In this document: positions 57,837 to 64,000 of the stretch, piece by piece
Layout of the letters: every line of letters begins with the position of its first letter
Position numbering within the stretch: the first letter of the stretch is position 1
NCBI GenBank assembly: GCA_003142955.1
Contig: PLOH01000072.1
Span: 16,539 to 80,538, forward strand
Reading direction: 5' to 3'
Origin: Opitutia bacterium
Lineage (GTDB): Bacteria > Verrucomicrobiota > Verrucomicrobiia > Opitutales > Opitutaceae
Length of the DNA: 64,000 nucleotides
Notes under the pieces: generated by a model
Seen by the model: the letters and a program-made list of their open reading frames with translations, nothing else
What the model was told of the DNA's origin: nothing
The model's database searches: none
Program-made: the position numbers and the translations under genes

Positions 57837-59948
57837 TCACTTCGAGGACGGTTTGCCAAGGAGGTAACCGGGCAGGTCCAGCGCATCGAGCGCCGCATGA
57901 CGATCGTCCGTCCACACCACGGTTTCGCCCGGCGGCCGCGGATCGAAAAGGTTCACGGTGCGCTTCAGCCGGCCCTCGTCTTCCTCGGCAGGCAACCAGG
58001 CGAGGACTTGGCTGAGCTGCGCGGGGCGGAAAGCCAGGATGTATTTCGTATCCACGAAGTCCCAATCGCTGGTTTCCGAATGGGTCGTCACCTCCAGGCT
58101 GGACCAGCCCAGCGCCTGCGCCGTCGCGCCGACAATCGGGAACACGGTGCCATAGCGATTGGTCGAGTGGACCACGAGCACTCCTTCCCGTTTCTGCAGC
58201 CGCGCAAAGTAGATCGCCAGGGCCTCGCGAGTGAGCAGGTGGGCGGGCATTGCGTCGCCGGAGAGGGCATCGAGGACAATCACGTCGTAGTTGGTGGGCG
58301 ACGCTTCAAGCCCTTTGCGGCCGTCCGCCTGCTTGATGTGGATCCGTCCTGGTGAATCCGAAACAAAGCTGAAGAAATCACGCGCGATGCGTTCGGATTG
58401 CGGATCGATGTCCCAGAAATCGAACGTGTCGGCCGGGCGAGCGTAGGCGGCCAGGGTTCCGGCGCCAAGACCGATGACGCCGATCGTGACGGCGGGATTC
58501 GCCTTTTGCGTCTCCGCAATCACGCGGCCCACACCAGAGCTGGGCGTATAATAGAGCGTGGGATGTCGGCGGGTTTCTCGGCTCGTCGTGATCTGCGTGC
58601 CATGAGTGGTGGTTTCATTTGCAAGGACCAGTCCGTCTTCCACGGATTTCAACATCGTATACCCATAGATGTTCCGGAAGCGCCGAATGCGGGTGGCTCC
58701 GATGGCTTCATCGCGGGTCTGCTGCAAGACCAGCCCCGCCACCGGCGCGGATATAATTAAAATTGCCACTGCGACCGTCAAGACGTCGCGGCGGGCGAGC
58801 AGCCGTACAAGCCCCAGAATCAGCAGCAGACATGAAACGGCGAGAAACTCGGAGGGACGCAGGAAGAAAAACGGCGCGCCCAGGCTGGCGAAGAGCCCGC
58901 CGGCAATACCGCCGGTGGCCAGCGCGACATAGAAGAAACCAAACCGTTCTTTGGGCCGGCGCTCGTAGAGGAGTCCGTTGCCGAAAAAACTCCCGGCCGC
59001 CGTCGTCGACATCAGCCAAAAGGCGGCCCAGCCGTTCACCGTTGCGCCGCTGACCCCCTTGGTGAGCATGAATCCCGTCAGGCTGAGCGCCAGCCAGCCG
59101 AGGCAGGCGAGGGTATAGCGCGGTTGCCACCAACCGGAAAAGGTCACAAGGAAACTCAGAAGGTAAACGCCGAAGGGCCCGACCCACGCGGTCGGATTTG
59201 AGCCGATCTCAGCCGCGAGATGATGCGTCGCTCCGAGCATGCCGAGACAGGTGAGCGCACTGAGGCCGAGCCATGCCGTGGTGCGGGAGTAGGGAATGGT
59301 TTCCGGTGCGTCGTTCGGAGCGGCCACAGATAGGCCGACGCGCAGGTAACACAAAGCCGCAATGGCTGTCAGGCAGGCCGTGACAAAAAGGAGGCCGTGC
59401 CAGATGAACATCTGGTCGGAAAGACCGATCACCCGCTCGATCGTGAACGGGTAGAGCACGACCGCGGCAAGACCGCCGGCATTGGAGCCCGCGTAGAGAT
59501 GGTAGGGCACCGGCTGGCCGCGCCGTCGCAGCCAGCCATGCATCAACGGGCCGATGCTGAATAACAGGACCATTGCGGGCAGGGTCGCGAGGGCGAGCGT
59601 GAGCAGAATCCCCCAATAGCCGGTCCAATCGCCCTCCAAGACCCAACGCAGACGGCTGACAGTCACAGCGATCAAGGCGAGCCCGCCCATGGCAGCCACT
59701 TGGAAATGGACGGGGCGACGAAGCAGCCACAAGGCCCAGCCATATCCAAGGAGCAACGTGGTCTGGAAGTAGAGCATGGTGCCCAGCCACGCCGGCGCAG
59801 TTCCCCCTTGGACGGGCAGCAGCAACTTTCCCACGAGAGGTTGAACGGAAAAGGCCAGGAAGGAAGCCAGCGGAACGGCCATGATCACTGCACCAAACAA
59901 TAGTCTTGAGAGCTTCGCCGGGGGAATTCGGAGAGAAGGGAGGCGCAT
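57837..59948 (-). CDS. polytopic membrane domain fused to a spermidine-synthase-like SAM-fold domain
   Basis: 703 aa. N-terminal approx 430 aa has about 11-12 TM helices. C-terminal VIGLGAGTLAAY...FWDIDPQSERIARDFF...YDVIVLDALSGDAMPAHLLT is an aminopropyl/methyltransferase fold. Confidence 0.8.
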   Translation of the reverse strand: MRLPSLRIPPAKLSRLLFGAVIMAVPLASFLAFSVQPLVGKLLLPVQGGTAPAWLGTMLYFQTTLLLGYGWALWLLRRPVHFQVAAMGGLALIAVTVSRLRWVLEGDWTGYWGILLTLALATLPAMVLLFSIGPLMHGWLRRRGQPVPYHLYAGSNAGGLAAVVLYPFTIERVIGLSDQMFIWHGLLFVTACLTAIAALCYLRVGLSVAAPNDAPETIPYSRTTAWLGLSALTCLGMLGATHHLAAEIGSNPTAWVGPFGVYLLSFLVTFSGWWQPRYTLACLGWLALSLTGFMLTKGVSGATVNGWAAFWLMSTTAAGSFFGNGLLYERRPKERFGFFYVALATGGIAGGLFASLGAPFFFLRPSEFLAVSCLLLILGLVRLLARRDVLTVAVAILIISAPVAGLVLQQTRDEAIGATRIRRFRNIYGYTMLKSVEDGLVLANETTTHGTQITTSRETRRHPTLYYTPSSGVGRVIAETQKANPAVTIGVIGLGAGTLAAYARPADTFDFWDIDPQSERIARDFFSFVSDSPGRIHIKQADGRKGLEASPTNYDVIVLDALSGDAMPAHLLTREALAIYFARLQKREGVLVVHSTNRYGTVFPIVGATAQALGWSSLEVTTHSETSDWDFVDTKYILAFRPAQLSQVLAWLPAEEDEGRLKRTVNLFDPRPPGETVVWTDDRHAALDALDLPGYLLGKPSSK

Positions 59949-59970
59949 AAAGGAATTGAGAGACGAATCG

Positions 59971-61113
59971 TCAATCCCGTCGGAGCGACGCGAGGGCCGA
60001 GCGCAGCGGGGACGCCATGATCGACGGGTAGGCTTCGCAGGGCGTCCAGCAATTTGGGCATTGCCCAGCGGCGACCGCGCGACGCACCCCGTCCCGGCGA
60101 GACTTCTCGATGATCGGCATCAGCGCATAGCCGGTATCGCGGATGTTTCCCAGGGGTTTGTCCCAAATGGTGCAAGGATAGACCTGGCCGGTTTCTGAAA
60201 GATAGGCGGTCGAGAGCAGCGCCGAACAGACGATCCGGGTCCGCCCGGTCGCGAGGTAGCGTGCGGCCTCGGCCCGATAGACCCGCTCGATGGCACGCAT
60301 CGCGACGGACGATCCCGTCGTGGACTTGACGGTCGCGACGCGGAGGGCCGCGGCGATCTCCTTCCGGTGCGCTTCGCCACCGAATCCGTCGGCCCCTTGG
60401 CTGGCAGGGTTGCCATAGAAGTGTGGCGATAAATGGGGAATATTGAGATGGAGCGTCGCCCGGGTGATCGCGGACTGCTTGCGCTGACCGAGGGCGGTGT
60501 TGACCGCGGCAAATGTGTCCTCGACGAGCTCGGTCGTCGTGCGGCCGCAGGACGCCTTGTGCCCGTGCAAGGTCATGCCGATGTACGCATTCTCGGCGCC
60601 AATCTCCGTCCGCACCGCAGCAAACGTGTCGATGGCATGGGCGAAATCGTTGCGGACCCCACGGAGGCGGTCATTAAGGTCGGGCGGGCCGTCAATCGAG
60701 ACGGAGACGATCAGCCGGGCTCGCACGGTCCGTCGAAGCTGCCCCACCGCCTCGCAAAGGCGCGCCGTCGCCAGGCCGTTGGTCGGAAAGTGAATCAACA
60801 GGAGTTCGGGGCAGACTTCGGCGAAAGCCTGGATGACCTGGACGAAATCGGGGCGGTCGGTGGGTTCGCCGCCGGTGAAGTCGATCCACTGGAGAAATGG
60901 ATTCGCGGCGGCGATGGCTTTCACTTCGTCCAGCGTAAGCTCGCGGTCGAGCCCACCCGGCGTGTCTTTCACCTTCCAGATGTCGCAGTACGTGCAGCGG
61001 GAGTAACAGCGCTTGGTCACCACAAACGTCAATTTCGTCGGGGGACCTTCGATCCCCGCGGCGGCGGCGAGAATTCGGCCGGTGAAACGGCTCCATGAAT
61101 ACAATCGGCTCAT
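59971..61113 (-). CDS. radical SAM protein with SPASM/twitch-like C-terminal Cys cluster
   Basis: CX3CX2C motif VVTKRCYSRCTYCDIW, GGEPT. C-terminal cysteines IVCSAL...VYPCTIW...GQCPNCWTPCEAY. The ATGA start overlaps the stop of the upstream GT-C gene. Confidence 0.85.
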   Translation of the reverse strand: MSRLYSWSRFTGRILAAAAGIEGPPTKLTFVVTKRCYSRCTYCDIWKVKDTPGGLDRELTLDEVKAIAAANPFLQWIDFTGGEPTDRPDFVQVIQAFAEVCPELLLIHFPTNGLATARLCEAVGQLRRTVRARLIVSVSIDGPPDLNDRLRGVRNDFAHAIDTFAAVRTEIGAENAYIGMTLHGHKASCGRTTTELVEDTFAAVNTALGQRKQSAITRATLHLNIPHLSPHFYGNPASQGADGFGGEAHRKEIAAALRVATVKSTTGSSVAMRAIERVYRAEAARYLATGRTRIVCSALLSTAYLSETGQVYPCTIWDKPLGNIRDTGYALMPIIEKSRRDGVRRAVAAGQCPNCWTPCEAYPSIMASPLRSALASLRRD

Positions 61114-63014
61114 CGCGTGGTCTGGCCGTTTGGAACGATCGCGGCTCCGGTTGATCCCGGCCTCTGTTCGGTCGCCCCGGTCTTGCCGGCGAGCGCGTCG
61201 GCCACGACATCATCCAAGTCGATCTTCGGCTTGTCCGGCCGGTAATGACCGCCCATGACTGCGCGCGCGTAGGGCGTATCAAGGCGAAACAAGGCTAACT
61301 TGACCGCCTCGGCGTTCATCCTGCTGACTACCGTGGCGTGCGTATCGACGACGAGTTGGCGCCATGGTTTGGCGAACCGGTCTTCTGCATTCACCCAGTA
61401 GTCCCAATGGAGATAGATGCCTCCGGGATACTGCCGCGTCATCTCAAGCATCTCCGTGCGCACCATATCTTCCACGTTGGAAATCTGCGAAGCATTTCGC
61501 CCGAGCATGTTCCAAATGCAGGGGTCGGTCGAGATGACCAGCGAGCCCCGCGGCAGTTTTGCGGCCGCCTCGCGGCAAAAATCAATGTCGGCCCTGGCCT
61601 CGTTCGCTTCGCGCCCAAGGGTTGGAACAAACCGCAGGGCGGTTACCCAGTTCATCGCAACGACTACGCCCAATGCTCCCAGCAGGAGTGGTTGGCGGCG
61701 GAGCAACGCATAGATGGCCGCCGCCCCAATCCCCATCAACAGGGCCACGGGGGCGGCTGACACGACGGCATAGCGCGAGCTGGCCCCGTAATAATAGCCG
61801 CCGGCATAAAACAGTACAAAGATGCCCCACGAGAGGAGGGACCAGAGCATTGCCCCCCATCCAAATTTCCGATTGGCAATGGCCAGCCAGGCAATGCCCG
61901 CAACGGCCAGGAACGTGCCGGCCAGCGGAAACCACTTCCCCTGCACAAAGTAGCCGGCGTTGCTTTCCAGGTTCTTCGCCAAGAAGGCGAAGTCGAAGCG
62001 GCGCCCGTCGGAGGCGCCCCAGTCTTCCGTGCGGACAGACCATAGTTGGAGTAGATTCGGCGTAATCAGGGCCAGGGAAAGGGCCAGCGCAGCCCAGGTG
62101 ACGCGGTCTTCGAGAAACCGCCGGTCCGCCGCGAGGAGCAGGCAGGCGGCGACCGGATAAACGAGCAGCGACTCCGGTCGAAAATAGGCGGCAAACGCGG
62201 CGGCTGCCGCCAGACAGGCCGCGGTCATTGGAGAGCCTTCGCCGGTCTTCGGATCGCGCCACCGCGCATGCAGGCACACGGCGAGAAACGTGACCGCCGT
62301 AGCCGCAGCCGCTGTCGATTCAACCGCCACGGTGCGGCTCCACCACAGGACTAGCGGCGTGAAGGTATAGCAGAGCGCCACCGCGATGGGGGTTCGCGAC
62401 GGAAGGGTCCATGGCGCCAACACCAGCGCGAAATAGAGCAGAGCAACCGTGATCGCAACCGCCGCTCTCACGGTCGCCTCCGCCACGCTCTCCGTCGCTC
62501 CGAACAAACGGAACGCCCATGACAGCACATAAGGGTGCCCGATCGGCTGTTTGTTCACCACGGCACTGAAGACCACGAAATCCCCGTATTCGGCTTTGGC
62601 GTAGTTCGCATACTCGGCCCGCCCCGTGTGCGCGAGCGTTTGACCGATCTGCATATAGATATGCTCGTCATAGAAGATACGGTTCGTTTGCGGCGCGAGC
62701 CCGCACACCAGAAAAGCCAGCACCGCCAGACTGAAACCGGTGACGAGATGCTTGCAGCCAAGCGCGCGCGCCAGCGGAGCGGCGAACCCGGCGAAGCCAG
62801 CCAGGCCAACGGCCACGCAGAAGTTCATGCCCCACACCGTCGAGACGGACGCAATGGCCCGTTGCTCGTCCATTGAGTGCTCGAAAAGAATCCGGTAAGC
62901 CCAGGAAACCGCCACCGCCAGCGCCGCCAGGCCCAGCCCAAACCACACCGGTCGCAGCAAGCGATGCGGCGGCGGCAACTCCGATTGATTGGGATCCTCC
63001 AATGCAGTGTCCAT
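61110..63014 (-). CDS. GT-C (ArnT/PMT-like) membrane glycosyltransferase
   Basis: Internal ATG (63012-63014) giving MDTALEDPNQSEL. First-loop acidic motif NRIFYDEHIYMQIGQTLAHTG. More than 10 TM helices. Soluble C-terminal approx 200 aa. The start shares one nucleotide with the carbamoyltransferase stop. Confidence 0.78.
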   Translation of the reverse strand: MDTALEDPNQSELPPPHRLLRPVWFGLGLAALAVAVSWAYRILFEHSMDEQRAIASVSTVWGMNFCVAVGLAGFAGFAAPLARALGCKHLVTGFSLAVLAFLVCGLAPQTNRIFYDEHIYMQIGQTLAHTGRAEYANYAKAEYGDFVVFSAVVNKQPIGHPYVLSWAFRLFGATESVAEATVRAAVAITVALLYFALVLAPWTLPSRTPIAVALCYTFTPLVLWWSRTVAVESTAAAATAVTFLAVCLHARWRDPKTGEGSPMTAACLAAAAAFAAYFRPESLLVYPVAACLLLAADRRFLEDRVTWAALALSLALITPNLLQLWSVRTEDWGASDGRRFDFAFLAKNLESNAGYFVQGKWFPLAGTFLAVAGIAWLAIANRKFGWGAMLWSLLSWGIFVLFYAGGYYYGASSRYAVVSAAPVALLMGIGAAAIYALLRRQPLLLGALGVVVAMNWVTALRFVPTLGREANEARADIDFCREAAAKLPRGSLVISTDPCIWNMLGRNASQISNVEDMVRTEMLEMTRQYPGGIYLHWDYWVNAEDRFAKPWRQLVVDTHATVVSRMNAEAVKLALFRLDTPYARAVMGGHYRPDKPKIDLDDVVADALAGKTGATEQRPGSTGAAIVPNGQTTR

Positions 63015-64000
63015 TAGGTTCGTGCGATTTGGCGGTTGCTGGGACTGGTCTTCGTCAACAAAGCCGAGCCGAGAGCAAGGTGCTGTACGCCACTCTCCAT
63101 CCACGCCTCGATGATGCCTGCGGCATCGTCGGACATCGGCTTGCCGTGCAGATTGAGGCTGGTGTTGATCACCGCGCCGGTGCCGGTGAGCGCCTTGACC
63201 TGCGCCAGAAAGCGATACCATGGGTCGGCGGTGTTCTCTACCACCATCTGTGGCCGGCACGAGCCGTCAGGGCCGATCGCTCCTGCGAGGGCAGCCCGGC
63301 CGCGCGGCGTGGTGAGAAATCCCATGGTCATGTGCAGGTTGGCGTCGCGCGGGCCGCGGTAATCCGCGAGCAGCTCGGACGCCTCGGAGAGCAGAATCGT
63401 CGGACAGAACGGCTGGAACCAGACCCGGCGCTTGAGTCGCAGATTCAGATCGTCCCGGGCGGCGATGCTGTCGGCCCGGGCCACGATGCTGCGGGCGCCG
63501 AGCGCGCGCGGACCCAGTTCCATCCGGCCTTGGGCCCACATCACGATATCGCCGGCCGCCACGCGCTCGGCGACCTCTGTGGCGATGTCAGCCGGGCGCT
63601 GACAGGCGGCGCCGGTGGCATTGGCCACAGCCTCGGCGCCCTTGCCAAGGTCGCCATGATCGATTCCGAGGCGGAAATCGGCAAAGGGTTGCGGGCGCTG
63701 GCCGGTCAATCGATGCCACACCATGAGTGCCGCGCCCAAGCCGAGGCCGCCGTCGCCCATTGCGGGGCAGACTTCGAGCCGCTCGATGCCGGGCGTGGAC
63801 CTCACCAGCCGGTTCACCTTGATGTTGGAAGCCACGCCGCCCGCGTAGCCAAAGGAAGCGATGCCCGTCGCCTCGACAAGCTGCGCAAAGAACCGTGGGA
63901 CGAAATGCTCCAGCGTTTGCTGCGCCATGCGGCAGACCTGTTCGCGCGGTGTGCTCCAGACGACGGCCGCAACTGCAGCGGCCATCCGGGCCGGAGCGAT
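63014..64000 (-). CDS. carbamoyltransferase (NodU/CmcH family), C-terminal part; the gene continues beyond the right edge
   Basis: GYAGGVASNIKVN, GDGGLGLGAALMVW, RVWFQPFCPTIL, HMTMGF, VINTSLNLHGKP. The frame is open to position 64000 and the family is about 570-600 aa long. Confidence 0.85.
   Translation of the reverse strand: MAPARMAAAVAAVVWSTPREQVCRMAQQTLEHFVPRFFAQLVEATGIASFGYAGGVASNIKVNRLVRSTPGIERLEVCPAMGDGGLGLGAALMVWHRLTGQRPQPFADFRLGIDHGDLGKGAEAVANATGAACQRPADIATEVAERVAAGDIVMWAQGRMELGPRALGARSIVARADSIAARDDLNLRLKRRVWFQPFCPTILLSEASELLADYRGPRDANLHMTMGFLTTPRGRAALAGAIGPDGSCRPQMVVENTADPWYRFLAQVKALTGTGAVINTSLNLHGKPMSDDAAGIIEAWMESGVQHLALGSALLTKTSPSNRQIART

Noticed and set aside
57761-57898. Upstream start (57898) for the GT-C paralog
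   Set aside because: It would overlap the preceding gene by 62 nt and add an Arg/Cys-rich non-membrane leader. ATG 57760 gives a normal N-terminus.
1-64000. CRISPR arrays, rRNA genes, IS elements with transposases, prophage structural genes, and known defence systems (RM, Abi, CBASS, retrons and similar)
   Set aside because: I looked for regularly spaced direct repeats, transposase or integrase motifs (DDE, tyrosine recombinase R..H..R..Y) and defence hallmarks in all listed ORFs and intergenic regions. None were found. vapBC is the only toxin-antitoxin or defence-like module.

Overview
High-GC (roughly 60-65% by eye) bacterial chromosomal window with about 55 credible protein genes, one tRNA and no rRNA, CRISPR array or intact IS element or prophage. 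A PVC/Verrucomicrobia-like origin is only a guess from gene content. All family names are motif-level calls read from the translations; no database search was run, and coordinates I derived by hand may be off by 1 nt.

Layout:
- 1-17.9 kb, housekeeping: zur-znuACB, a 1,190-aa hybrid sensor kinase, tig-clpP-clpX, an M42 peptidase, an nfnAB-like pair, hisA, an FkbM methyltransferase and a disulfide oxidoreductase.
- 17.9-22.9 kb, an ABC-transporter-type glycan locus that looks decayed: a truncated wzt fused in frame to a frameshifted sugar-transferase remnant, then wzm, a GT4, and an asnB-like gene split over three frames.
- 23-26 kb: DJ-1, an SDR, ybaB-recR and tRNA-Gly(CCC).
- 26.2-29.7 kb, a lower-GC islet next to the tRNA: a tRNA 3'-half-like fragment, decayed genes, vapBC, a SHOCT lipoprotein and a truncated receiver.
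- 29.7-33.2 kb: a secreted protein, an MBL hydrolase and ribD-rdgB.
- 33.4-64 kb, a ~30 kb glycan biosynthesis and modification super-locus.

The most interesting signals are all in the super-locus:
- A CDP-3,6-dideoxyhexose pathway (rfbF-rfbG-rfbH-E3-like) extended by a ThDP enzyme and a C-methyltransferase, which suggests a branched sugar.
- A translationally coupled SDR / dehydroquinate-synthase-like / NeuB-like cassette.
- Three polyprenyl-phosphate GT2s and five GT-C-like membrane proteins, two of them carrying C-terminal NPCBM carbohydrate-binding modules.
- A tightly packed 7-gene minus-strand operon: carbamoyltransferase, GT-C, radical SAM/SPASM, a membrane-fused spermidine-synthase-like protein, then three GT-C-type proteins.
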